From contig JACKHE010000005.1 in NCBI GenBank assembly GCA_020639135.1, positions 124,531-188,530 of the forward strand: a DNA stretch of 64,000 nt, in the 5' to 3' direction. This document shows, piece by piece, positions 8,866-17,839 of this stretch. The position numbers and the translations under genes are program-made. Position 1 is the first letter of the stretch. Each line of letters opens with the position of its first letter. Under the pieces are notes generated by a model, which was given only the letters and a program-made list of their open reading frames with translations, searched no databases and was not told where the DNA came from. This stretch comes from Phycisphaeraceae bacterium (GTDB lineage: Bacteria > Planctomycetota > Phycisphaerae > Phycisphaerales > UBA1924).

Positions 8866-9237
8866 ATGGCTGAAAGGAAAGTAATATTCGTCGCGTTTGC
8901 GATTGAAGACGAGCGGCAGAGGGATCTCCTGAAGGGGCAGTCTCTTAATACGGCGTCGCCGTTTGAGTACACCGACATGTCCGTCAAAGAGCCATACAGC
9001 TCTGAATGGAAGGAGCGTGTCCGCACCCGAATTCGTCGCTCGGATGGAATAATCGCATTGGTGAGTAAGAACTCACTTACATCCAGCGGGCAGAAATGGG
9101 AGATCGCGGTCGCCAGCGAGGAAGGAAAACGCGTCCTCGGCATCTGGGCATACGCCGATGACAGGACCAACCTCCTAGGTGTCAGAACTGTAGCGTGGAC
9201 CTGGAACGCCATTGGGGACTTTATTGACAGCTTTTGA
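8866..9237 (+). CDS. ThsB/DUF1863-type TIR-like protein
   Basis: GGAG at 8857-8860, ATG at 8866. KVIFVAFAIEDERQRDLLKGQ...FEYTDMSVKEPYSSEWKERVRTRIRRSDGIIALVSKNSLTSSGQKWEIAVASEEGKRVLGIW matches the ThsB TIR-like pattern as I remember it. Confidence 0.75.
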   Translation: MAERKVIFVAFAIEDERQRDLLKGQSLNTASPFEYTDMSVKEPYSSEWKERVRTRIRRSDGIIALVSKNSLTSSGQKWEIAVASEEGKRVLGIWAYADDRTNLLGVRTVAWTWNAIGDFIDSF

Positions 9238-9249
9238 CAAGGTGGTGTC

Positions 9250-10224
9250 ATGCGCATCGCACTCATTGTCGGTATTGATTACTACGAACACGGTGGGGCA
9301 CTGTATGGCTGCGTGGATGATGCGCACGTTGTTAAGGCGGTTTTGGATCGTCATGGCGACGGGGCGGTCAATTTTGATTGCAAGCTCCTCACTGGAACAG
9401 GTCCGAATGATCGGGTCAATCGCAATGCCCTCAAGGATCACGTTGAAGAGTTATTCAAGGCACCGGCCGAGATTGCGCTGTTCTATTTTGCTGGACACGG
9501 CCATATTGAGGCGACCGGCGGCTATCTGCTGGCAACAGACTCACAACGCGGGGACGAGGGTCTCTCTCTTTCCGAGGTGCTGACGTTGGCAAATGCGTCG
9601 CCCGCACGTAATAAAGTTGTTGTGCTCGACAGCTGTCACTCTGGGATTGCTGGGAACCCTCCTTCATCCGGCAACCTCGCTGCGCTGTCTGAGGGAATGA
9701 CGGTGCTTACAGCATCGACGGCTGACCAATACGCTACGGAAGAGCATGGAAATGGAATCTTCACGACACTGCTGGTGGATGCTCTGCAGGGTGGGGCTGC
9801 CAATCTCACAGGTGACATAACTCCCGGTAGCGTGTACGCGCACGTAGATCAATCTCTCGGCGCGTGGGAGCAGCGACCGGTATTCAAAACAAACGTGCGG
9901 CAGTTCGTCTCCCTGCGGAAGGTTCCTCCGCCAATCGAGTTGGACGCGCTGCGCCAGATCATCGAGTTCTTTCCCGGACCAGGGGCAGAGTTCCAACTCG
10001 ATCCCACATTTGAACCTGAGTCAAAGGGTCGAGATTCTGACATGCCGCCTCCTGATCCCGAGAACACGCAAAGGTTTGCGGTGCTGCAACGCTATAACCG
10101 GCTGAACCTGGTCGTGCCGGTGGGGGCACCCCATATGTGGCACGCCGCGATGGAGAGCAAGACTTGCAAGCTGACAGTCCTTGGTGAGCACTACCGCCGC
10201 CTTGTGGAGCGGCAGCGAATTTAG
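9250..10224 (+). CDS. caspase-like (peptidase C14 / metacaspase-fold) protease with unknown C-terminal domain
   Basis: ATG lies 12 nt after the upstream stop. [12 protein letters not shown], His context FYFAGHGH and Cys context [10 protein letters not shown] are present. About 150 aa at the C-terminus are unassigned. Confidence 0.85.
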   Translation: MRIALIVGIDYYEHGGALYGCVDDAHVVKAVLDRHGDGAVNFDCKLLTGTGPNDRVNRNALKDHVEELFKAPAEIALFYFAGHGHIEATGGYLLATDSQRGDEGLSLSEVLTLANASPARNKVVVLDSCHSGIAGNPPSSGNLAALSEGMTVLTASTADQYATEEHGNGIFTTLLVDALQGGAANLTGDITPGSVYAHVDQSLGAWEQRPVFKTNVRQFVSLRKVPPPIELDALRQIIEFFPGPGAEFQLDPTFEPESKGRDSDMPPPDPENTQRFAVLQRYNRLNLVVPVGAPHMWHAAMESKTCKLTVLGEHYRRLVERQRI

Positions 10225-10253
10225 GGCGGTATCTGACTGCCAACGACCGATGA

Positions 10254-10469
10254 TTCCATTGTCCGAATCGTCTGGAGCATTCTCCGCGAGCGATCTTCAT
10301 ACTGAGAGTAGATTCCGCGTTTCCAGACTCCAAAGTCCGACTTGGACGACAAAGAGTTCAACCGGAGTTCCGTCACCCCGGGCAGAAGGTCGGGCGGCAT
10401 TGGCGTTTCCACAAGGCCGCGATCGACGATTGGCTGAATGCAGGCGGATGTCCGGGACGCGGTCTGTGA
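10254..10469 (+). pseudogene. relic of an excisionase-family (MerR-like) HTH gene
   Basis: The frame is open over 10254-10466 but contains no ATG/GTG/TTG. It ends ...QKVGRHWRFHKAAIDDWLNAGG..*, the signature C-terminus of excisionase-type HTH proteins. The N-terminal half is degenerate. Confidence 0.4.
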
Positions 10470-10579
10470 TGCCAAGACGGCAAAGTCACTCTACAAGGGG
10501 CCCCTGGCGAACAACTACGGCGAATGATTCCGGCTATTGGGTGGCTTGGTCGAGGTCACACCGCTGTCGGGCCGATAGA

Positions 10580-11596
10580 ATGGGGACGCATATGGCTACT
10601 TCCCCAGAACAAATCCGATTGCTGGTCGATTCGTTCGCCGAGCGCGATGATGAACGCTTCCGTACGGTCGCACTTGACATCGCAGCCGCAGCGGCAAGGG
10701 CGGGGGATCAAAAGCTCGCAAAATCTGTCCGGGCCATGGTTGATCGATCTCGAAGATCCGCGCTGCCATCGGTCGGTCCGAAGGCCGTGCCGATATCTCG
10801 TCCGGAGGGCGAGCTAGCGTCGCTGTTGACGGTTTCATATCCGAAGACTCGGTTCGTTGACATGGTCTTACCTGCCAAGTCGAAGGCCATCCTGGAACGG
10901 ATGCTCGAAGAGAACCGGTCGGCCACTACGCTACGGGCTCATGGATTCGAGCCGAGGAGAAGAGTTCTACTCGCGGGCCCTCCAGGCTGTGGCAAGACCA
11001 TGACTGCACGAGCAATCGCTGGGGAGACTGGATTGCCGCTTCTCGTGGTCCAGTTTCATGCCCTAATCACCAAGTACATGGGCGAGACGGGCGCGAAGCT
11101 CCATGCCATCTTTGAGTCAATGTCATCGACCAGAGGGGTCTACCTCTTTGACGAGTTCGACGTTGTCGGTACGAGCCGATCAGCGAGCAACGATGTTGGT
11201 GAAGCCCGACGAGTGGTCAACTCTTTTCTCCAACTGCTCGAACATGACGACTCAGAGAGCATCGTCATCGCAGCCACCAACATGGCAGGCACGCTCGATG
11301 AGGCGTTATTTCGGCGATTTGATGACATCGTCCAGTTCGGCAAGCCGAGTGGCGCTGAAGTTCGGAAACTTGTCGAGAACAGGCTTGCGGCCTTCGCTCC
11401 TCTGAAACTTCGCTGGACTGATATCTCAACAACCGCCAGGGGCTTAAGCCATGCCGAGGTTGTAAAGGCCTGCGAGGATGCTGCCAAGGCAGTGGTGCTG
11501 GGACACAAATCTGTGGTGACAACGGCCCAGATTGTCAGCGCTCTCAAGGCTCGAAGGCGCCCCTCGGCTCGGGCGAACCGCTCCCGAACGACGTAG
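10580..11596 (+). CDS. AAA+ ATPase (IetA-like)
   Basis: The ORF track starts at 10181; ATG 10580 or 10592 is preferred. Walker A LLAGPPGCGKT, Walker B VYLFDEFD and IVIAATN...LDEALFRRFD form a classic AAA+ module behind a ~130-aa helical N-domain. Confidence 0.85.
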   Translation: MGTHMATSPEQIRLLVDSFAERDDERFRTVALDIAAAAARAGDQKLAKSVRAMVDRSRRSALPSVGPKAVPISRPEGELASLLTVSYPKTRFVDMVLPAKSKAILERMLEENRSATTLRAHGFEPRRRVLLAGPPGCGKTMTARAIAGETGLPLLVVQFHALITKYMGETGAKLHAIFESMSSTRGVYLFDEFDVVGTSRSASNDVGEARRVVNSFLQLLEHDDSESIVIAATNMAGTLDEALFRRFDDIVQFGKPSGAEVRKLVENRLAAFAPLKLRWTDISTTARGLSHAEVVKACEDAAKAVVLGHKSVVTTAQIVSALKARRRPSARANRSRTT

Positions 11597-11605
11597 CATG
11601 ATTGC

Positions 11606-14092
11606 ATGTCGCAGCTCCCGCATCTGCAACTGATTGGTGGAGTCAGCGGAGTTCCGTATACCCGCCCCAAGTCCGGCTTCGGCGAATTCCAGACTCCTCC
11701 GAGAGATCGGATTGGACACGCTCGCTCATTACGGCAGAGCCTTCAATCTGCTCTTGCTCAAGGGCAAGCGGAGATCGAAGCACAACCTACGCCCGACGCA
11801 GTCACTGGATTGCAGTTCGTGATCGAGAGCCATGCGGGATATGACCTGCGACTTGAGAGCCTTGAGAATCGTCGGAAGGGCATCAAGCTACTTCACGTTA
11901 GTCAAGATGGCGATGTCCAACGGGCCGTAATCTTCGTTCCGCGGACAGCGTACGGTACTCTGTCGGATCGGATCGACGAATACGAAACTCGTGTCAGAGA
12001 CTCAGGCAATCCTTGGCATGCCCCTCTAATCGAGAGCATCGAGCGGATTCGGTTAGCAATTGCGGAGGATCTATGGTCTGACCCTACGCCATTCCCCGCT
12101 GATGAAGGTGCACTTTGGTGGGAGGCCTGGATTCCGCTTGATGGTAAAGAACCGGCTGTCATTCATGGCGAGTTGATCGAGTTGGCGGTGAGCCTTGGGA
12201 TCGGGATCGGTCGGCGTTGGCTCACGTTCTCAGAGCGGCTCGTCACCCTCGTCAAGGCACGCCCTTCGGATTGGGCTCGATCGCGTCAGTTGCTCGAAAC
12301 AGTGGCGGAACTACGAGCCCCCGTCGAGCCTGCTGCCCCGTATCTCAATCTATCGCCGATTGAGCAGGCTGCGTGGATCAATAACCTCAGAGCGAGGATT
12401 CGGATTGCTCATCCCAATGCTCCTGCCGTTTGCTTGCTCGATACCGGAGTGGATCGAGGACATCCGCTCCTCGAAGATTCGCTTCTGGAAGCCGATTGGC
12501 AAGCCGTCGATAGCGATTGGGGATCTGCGGACAATGCTGAGCAAGAGGGGCACGGTCCACATGGAACGTTGATGGCAGGGACGGCACTCTTTGGCGATCT
12601 AGGCGAGCGGCTTCGAGAATTTGGCACCCTCAGCTTGAGCCATCGTCTTGAGTCCATCCGAATTCTGCCGAGGCGGGGCAACAACGATCCTGAGCTTTAC
12701 GGAGACATCACGCAGCAGGCGGTCTCTCTCGCTGAAGTAGCTGCCCCCGCTCGCCGCAGAGCCGTATGCCTCGCCGTCACCGCTAAGGACACATCTGGTC
12801 AAGGCGCCCCCAGTTCGTGGTCTGCTGCCGTTGACCAGTTGGCATATGGCGACGGGGCGTTAACTCGGATGGTTCTCGTATCGGCAGGGAACATTCGGGA
12901 GTACACAAACGGGTACGCCTACCCACAGTCGAACCTCGATGCAGCGGGAATACTCGACGATCCCGCTCAAGCGTCGAACGCACTGGTCGTCGGAGCATTC
13001 ACTCAACGAACGCAGCTATCGCCAGATTACGCTGGATGGCGTGCAATCGCTCCCGCAGGCGGCCTCGCTCCCATGAGCCGTACGAGCGCTGCATGGGACC
13101 AAGGTAATCGCTCCCCGTGGCCACTCAAGCCCGACATCGTTTTTGAGGGCGGCAACTTGATCACCGACGCCTCGTCAGCGATCTCTCCATGCGCCGAAAC
13201 AGAACTGCTGACGACATCGGTCGCAACTACCGGCGCGCTCTTCGACACGAACTCTGGAACCAGCGCTGGGGTCGCTCAGGCATCTCGATTAGCCGCCCGA
13301 ATCATGGCGAAGTACCCTTCATTGAGACCCGAGACCATTCGGGCGCTTCTTGTTCACTCCGCCGAATGGACGGACGCGATGCGAGAGCAAGTGCCAGGCA
13401 CGACCAAGGAAGTGGTTCGCCGTCGAGTTCGTACCTTCGGCTATGGTGTTCCGAACGAGTTGCGAGCCATGTCGAGCTTGTCGAACGCCGTCACGCTCGT
13501 ATCCGAATCAGCGATTACGCCGTACACGACCGGCAGCAATGGAGCGAAAGCGAATCAGATGGGGCTTCACGAGTTGCCCTGGCCGAGCGATGCTCTGTAT
13601 GCCCTCGGTGATGTCCAAGTCCGCATGCGGGTCACTTTGTCGTACTTCATCGAGCCCAATCCCGGGCGTCGGGGCCGAATCCCTCGGTCTCGCTACGCAT
13701 CGCATGGTCTCCGATTCGATGTGCTTCGTCCTGGCGAAACGGTCGATGAGTTTCGACAGCGGGTTTCTGCCGCGGAGCGGGACGACCCCGATGCAGACAT
13801 CGACACGACGGGCGAGTCGAGGGACTGGGTCATCGGAGTCAATGGCCGAGCGCGAGGCTCCCTCCAAGCAGATTGGTGGGAGGGCTCAGCCACGCAACTT
13901 GCGGGGAGTCATGCGATTGCCGTCTACCCCGTCACGGGGTGGTGGAAAGAACGGTCCTTCCTCGGCAAGGTCGAATCACCCGCCCGCTACAGCCTCGTCG
14001 TCTCGATCGAGACTCCTCCGGAAGCGATCGATCTGTATGCGCTCCTGACAGCGCAGACAGAGATCCAGGTCGAAGCTGTAGGCAACGCGTAG
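11606..14092 (+). CDS. cytoplasmic subtilisin-like S8 serine peptidase (IetS-like)
   Basis: Starts 9 nt after the ATPase stop. Triad in D-H-S order: CLLDTGVD, GHGPHGTLMAGTA, NSGTSAGVAQASRLAA. No signal peptide; long N- and C-terminal extensions. Confidence 0.85.
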   Translation: MSQLPHLQLIGGVSGVPYTRPKSGFGEFQTPPRDRIGHARSLRQSLQSALAQGQAEIEAQPTPDAVTGLQFVIESHAGYDLRLESLENRRKGIKLLHVSQDGDVQRAVIFVPRTAYGTLSDRIDEYETRVRDSGNPWHAPLIESIERIRLAIAEDLWSDPTPFPADEGALWWEAWIPLDGKEPAVIHGELIELAVSLGIGIGRRWLTFSERLVTLVKARPSDWARSRQLLETVAELRAPVEPAAPYLNLSPIEQAAWINNLRARIRIAHPNAPAVCLLDTGVDRGHPLLEDSLLEADWQAVDSDWGSADNAEQEGHGPHGTLMAGTALFGDLGERLREFGTLSLSHRLESIRILPRRGNNDPELYGDITQQAVSLAEVAAPARRRAVCLAVTAKDTSGQGAPSSWSAAVDQLAYGDGALTRMVLVSAGNIREYTNGYAYPQSNLDAAGILDDPAQASNALVVGAFTQRTQLSPDYAGWRAIAPAGGLAPMSRTSAAWDQGNRSPWPLKPDIVFEGGNLITDASSAISPCAETELLTTSVATTGALFDTNSGTSAGVAQASRLAARIMAKYPSLRPETIRALLVHSAEWTDAMREQVPGTTKEVVRRRVRTFGYGVPNELRAMSSLSNAVTLVSESAITPYTTGSNGAKANQMGLHELPWPSDALYALGDVQVRMRVTLSYFIEPNPGRRGRIPRSRYASHGLRFDVLRPGETVDEFRQRVSAAERDDPDADIDTTGESRDWVIGVNGRARGSLQADWWEGSATQLAGSHAIAVYPVTGWWKERSFLGKVESPARYSLVVSIETPPEAIDLYALLTAQTEIQVEAVGNA

Positions 14093-14262
14093 CTGGCATT
14101 TGAAAGGTCTGCCGAGCTGGTTGTTCCTCAACATGCGTTCTTGGCGCAAAGATGCCGGGCATTCCGATTACTTGAAGCCAATAGGTATCCCGCCGTGACC
14201 TGACCGGAAGGGCTGTTCACGGAAAGGCAATAGCTCGTGGGGCCATGCCGTAGGCAACCTCT

Positions 14263-14288
14263 AGCGTCCACCTGTGGACGCTTTTTTT
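14263..14288 (+). terminator. rho-independent terminator candidate
   Basis: 8-bp perfect stem agcgtcca/tggacgct (14263-14270 and 14275-14282), 4-nt loop cctg, then a T7 run (14282-14288). It lies 170 nt downstream of the S8 gene. Confidence 0.6.
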
Positions 14289-14369
14289 GCATCTTGAGCC
14301 CAAGGGATGCATAAGATCGTTGCTATAGCTGAAATGCATCAATGATACTTATCAGGTGGAAATGTAGCT

Positions 14370-15494
14370 CTAGCAAGTAACTAAAGCCTGCATGACCTTC
14401 TCCGACTCCCCATCATGCAGGTGGTAGTACAAATCGAGGATCGAGGAGCTTGAATGGCCCATCCACGCCATCGCCATGCGGTAGGGGACGCCGGAGTTGG
14501 CGATCATCGAGGCGAAGTGGTGCCTCATCGAGTGGGTTTTCAGGCGGCTGTCAGCTCCGACGGCCCTGGCGGCGGTCTTGATCCTGGCCAGGATCATCCG
14601 GTCGCGCATCGGCGGGAGCATCCAGTCGCCTGAGCGGGGCAGCCCCTCGACAACTGGACGGATCCGAGGATGGATTGGCACTGACCGCTCCTCTTTGTCT
14701 TTAGTTGTCCCGTTGGAGCCGCCGCGACGGATCCGAAAAAATCCCAGCTCACCCTTGTCGAGGAGCACATCCTCCCAGCGGAGGGCCAGCAGCTCGCCAA
14801 CGCGCATCCCGGAATAGGCCAGGACGGCGACAGCTTCGGTGTAGGGGCTGTCTAGGCGCCCAATGATCGCCTCGACCTCCTCGGTGGTCGGGCACGGCTG
14901 CGGGCGAGCCTTGGCCTTGGGTAGTTCGGCCCCCGCGAACTCGTACGTCGGCGTCATCTTCTGCCGCCACGCCCACTTGAAGAGCTGCTTCCAGAGGACC
15001 ATGGCGCTGTAGATGGACTTGGGGCTGTAGGGGGCGCGCTGCTTGTGGCGCTTGGACTCCAGCCACGCCTTGAAGCGGTACAGGTCACGCTCGACAGCGC
15101 GGTCGGCATAGACGAGCATGATGGATTTGCAGAACTGCCGGATCTTCTCCAGCTCGGAACGGTACTTGGCCTGTGACTTGGGCGCGAGGCCCTTGTTCTC
15201 GCAATGCTCGGAGTACTGATCAGCAAGATCGTCGATGGTGATGCGCTCGATACGATCTTGAGCACGACCAGCGTCGAGACGCTGCTGGATTTCATACGCC
15301 TTGCGCTTTGCGGCCTGTTTGTTCCGGGTGCCCAGCCCAACGACGCGGCGCACGCCATCTACATCTGTGAAGCGGGCAGAATAGGCCTGATAGGTGACGG
15401 TCCTCCGCTGCCCGCCCTTGGTCTTGCGGTTAACCGTGCGGCGATAGATGGTGACCTCGGTGCCATCAACCTTCTCAGCATTGGGGTACGCCAT
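14370..15494 (-). CDS. tyrosine recombinase / phage-type integrase
   Basis: C-terminal catalytic region: LAYSGMRVGELLAL, HSMRHHFASM, GHSSSSILDLYYH (R...HxxR...Y pattern). Confidence 0.9.
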   Translation of the reverse strand: MAYPNAEKVDGTEVTIYRRTVNRKTKGGQRRTVTYQAYSARFTDVDGVRRVVGLGTRNKQAAKRKAYEIQQRLDAGRAQDRIERITIDDLADQYSEHCENKGLAPKSQAKYRSELEKIRQFCKSIMLVYADRAVERDLYRFKAWLESKRHKQRAPYSPKSIYSAMVLWKQLFKWAWRQKMTPTYEFAGAELPKAKARPQPCPTTEEVEAIIGRLDSPYTEAVAVLAYSGMRVGELLALRWEDVLLDKGELGFFRIRRGGSNGTTKDKEERSVPIHPRIRPVVEGLPRSGDWMLPPMRDRMILARIKTAARAVGADSRLKTHSMRHHFASMIANSGVPYRMAMAWMGHSSSSILDLYYHLHDGESEKVMQALVTC

Positions 15495-15497
15495 GGG

Positions 15498-15788
15498 TCA
15501 GTCGTCCTCCCTCGTGGAAGGGGCGGAGAACGTACCGCTGCTGCCGGTCGGGCGCAACCGTTTTCGCCTGGATCGACCGCTAAAAAACCACTCCACCAGC
15601 CCATCGCGCCAGAATCTCAGGGGATTCCCTCGTCTAACGGACCTCTTACAACAGCGGTCCTCGCTCACCCAGCGGTAGATCGTGGACTTGGAAACTTGGA
15701 GGAGCGCGGCGGCCTGGTCCGGCGTGAGGATGGGCGGGAAGCGGTCCGCGTCGATGGCCTCTCGGATCTCCTCCCTAGAGAACTTCAT
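15498..15788 (-). CDS. excisionase-family HTH DNA-binding protein
   Basis: An internal ATG at 15788 is preferred over the ORF-track start 15917, whose N-terminus is R/P/S-rich. LTPDQAAALLQVSKSTIYRWVSE is an HTH. The stop lies 3 nt from the integrase ATG. Confidence 0.7.
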   Translation of the reverse strand: MKFSREEIREAIDADRFPPILTPDQAAALLQVSKSTIYRWVSEDRCCKRSVRRGNPLRFWRDGLVEWFFSGRSRRKRLRPTGSSGTFSAPSTREDD

Positions 15789-16050
15789 CGATGATCTCGC
15801 GGGGCTGGGCGCGCCGGGTGTTCGTCCCGATGTGCGGGTTGCACTCTTGGAAGGGTCGCATCGGTGGGGAGGGGTTGACGTCGCCGCGCGTGGCGACCCC
15901 ACCGCCACCACCGTCATTGCCGAGGATCGCGCCCATAACTCCGAGCGCCACTCCGACGACGACAGCGATTGGGAAGAAGCACGAGTTCAGGAAGGCGTCA
16001 AGTGCGCGTTCAGCGTCAAACACCGCGATCATGCTGATCAATTGATTCAT
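15775..16050 (-). CDS. small membrane protein, paralogue A (NPxPPxRxFQ motif family, unknown)
   Basis: GGAGAA six nt before the ATG at 16050. One hydrophobic helix (FFPIAVVVGVALGVMGAIL), then GNDGGGGG, then TRGDVNPSPPMRPFQ. Overlaps the xis start by 14 nt. Confidence 0.55.
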   Translation of the reverse strand: MNQLISMIAVFDAERALDAFLNSCFFPIAVVVGVALGVMGAILGNDGGGGGVATRGDVNPSPPMRPFQECNPHIGTNTRRAQPREIIDEVL

Positions 16051-16110
16051 GGCGAGTTCTCCGTGTTGACAGGGTGATGGGCGTCATCCGTCCGGCTTCT
16101 TGGCGGGTGC

Positions 16111-16323
16111 TCAGGTGTACGGGCTGCCGTATTGGAAAGCCCGCACCGGGGGCATTGGGTTGATGTCGCCGCGGGTGATGCACCCGCCGCCTCCACCGTC
16201 GCCATCGCCGAAGATGAGGGCGAAGACCAAGATGGCGATGAGAATCGCCATGCCGAGCGCACCGGCGCCGGGGTCATACGCGCCGGAACCGATCTGCGCG
16301 AAATACTCCAGGATCGTGATCAT
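16111..16323 (-). CDS. small membrane protein, paralogue B
   Basis: Internal ATG at 16323 with GGAGGA six nt upstream. MITILEYFAQIGSGAYDPGAGALGMAILIAILVFALIFGDGDGGGGGCITRGDINPMPPVRAFQYGSPYT. ATGA overlap with paralogue C. Confidence 0.6.
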   Translation of the reverse strand: MITILEYFAQIGSGAYDPGAGALGMAILIAILVFALIFGDGDGGGGGCITRGDINPMPPVRAFQYGSPYT

Positions 16324-16661
16324 GATGGGTCCTCCTGCGCAATGAGGGATGCGGGTGGGGGGTCGATGAGCAACATCTCGCGAACTGCCCAGCGGCCGGG
16401 GATCTGAGGGCGCGGGTTGACATCGTGGAACGACAGCCGAGCAAGGTTGGGACCAGCGTTCTGGAAGGCGCGCAGCGGCGGCGCCGGATTGAGCTCGCAG
16501 AGCGCAACGGTGGTGTCGGTGGGCTCCGCGATCTCGTCGACGACAGCGGAGCGACGCGCGATGCACAGCAGCACGATCAACGCGATGAACGTGGTCAGAG
16601 TGAACCAGTTGAGGACCACGACAAACGCGGAGTCAGAAGAGTTCTGCGCGAGCATCACCAT
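16320..16661 (-). CDS. small membrane protein, paralogue C
   Basis: Internal ATG at 16661 with GGGGAGG seven nt upstream. Helix FVVVLNWFTLTTFIALIVLLCIA, then CELNPAPPLRAFQ plus a degenerate second copy HDVNPRPQIPGRW. Confidence 0.55.
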   Translation of the reverse strand: MVMLAQNSSDSAFVVVLNWFTLTTFIALIVLLCIARRSAVVDEIAEPTDTTVALCELNPAPPLRAFQNAGPNLARLSFHDVNPRPQIPGRWAVREMLLIDPPPASLIAQEDPS

Positions 16662-16737
16662 CTCAGCGCCTCCCCGTCGTGTGCGGGTCGATCCGGCGTC
16701 GGCTTGAAGAACGCAGCGATCCCGAAGTGGGGACACC

Positions 16738-17691
16738 ATGTCCCCACCAACCAAGAACAACACCCCGCAAGCAGACCTCCGCACCGCCAGCGCCGAATCG
16801 ATGACGTTCATCGAGGACGACAGCGTCGATCTGGTCGTCACCTCGCCGCCCTACTGGAACGCCCGCGCCTACGACGAGTACGAGAAGGGCTCCAAGAGCT
16901 ACAAGAAGCGCAACTACACCAAGGGGTTCGTCTCGTACGACGAGTACCTGGCGCTGATGACGCGGTGTTTCAGCGAGGCGTTCCGCGTGACCAAACCCGG
17001 CGGGATGTGCTGCGTCATCGTCAGCGGCGTGCTCTACAAGAAAAAGCACTACCCGATCCCGGCGGACCTCTCCAAGCGGATGCGCGACATCGGCTGGGAG
17101 CAGCGCGAGGAACTCGTTTGGGATAAAACACACTCGGCCTGCGATCGCTTCGGCACGTTCGCGTTGCACCGGGGGCCGCACTACTTCTACCCCAACATCC
17201 AGACGGAGCGGATCTTGGTGTTCTCCAAGCCGGGGCCAAGCCCGCGCAACACCACCGATCCGGCGACACGTGAGGCATCCAGGCTCCCGCTGACACCGTT
17301 GGCGACGAGAGAGATCGGCAACGACGTCTGGCACGTCGCCGCGTCCAGGCACGGTGAAGTCGATCACCCCGCGCCGTACCCGCAGGACCTGATAGCACGT
17401 CTGATCCTGCTCTACAGCTACAAGGGCGACCTGGTGCTCGATCCGTTCCTCGGCAGCGGCCAGACGATGGTCGTCGCCAACGCGTACGGCAGGAACTTCG
17501 TCGGCGTTGACGTCGAAGAGAACTTCGTCGAGTACGCCAGGTCGCGCATCGGCGAGCCGCTGCGCCTTCGCAACAAGCAGCTCGTCGCGCGGTACGAGCA
17601 CATCGAGGGCGACGCGTTCCTTGATCCGCGCCAGCACGGGCGAGAGGGGCGGGGGACGGTCGACGATCAGGAATGCCGGCGACCACGGTGA
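16738..17691 (+). CDS. DNA methyltransferase (N4-C/N6-A, SPPY type, beta-class motif order)
   Basis: Catalytic DLVVTSPPYWN comes before the AdoMet loop VLDPFLGSGQT. Divergent from the small-gene operon across a 76-nt intergenic region. Confidence 0.85.
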   Translation: MSPPTKNNTPQADLRTASAESMTFIEDDSVDLVVTSPPYWNARAYDEYEKGSKSYKKRNYTKGFVSYDEYLALMTRCFSEAFRVTKPGGMCCVIVSGVLYKKKHYPIPADLSKRMRDIGWEQREELVWDKTHSACDRFGTFALHRGPHYFYPNIQTERILVFSKPGPSPRNTTDPATREASRLPLTPLATREIGNDVWHVAASRHGEVDHPAPYPQDLIARLILLYSYKGDLVLDPFLGSGQTMVVANAYGRNFVGVDVEENFVEYARSRIGEPLRLRNKQLVARYEHIEGDAFLDPRQHGREGRGTVDDQECRRPR

Positions 17692-17839
17692 CGGTGATGG
17701 TGTTTGCATGCGGACAGCATGCGCTGCGCCCGTCGGACGGCTGATCGGATCTTCTGCGCGCTTTAGCTGTCGTGGAAATCCGACCTAGCGTCCGATGACC
17801 GTGGTGTTCAATGACCTCCAGCGAAAGGAGGTCACCCCC

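Noticed and set aside
14093-14369. Possible tRNA/tmRNA integration target or att site next to the first integrase
   Set aside because: Only a terminator hairpin and a short tgcatc/gatgca inverted repeat are present. There are no tRNA features, and I could not find a matching direct repeat elsewhere in the window.
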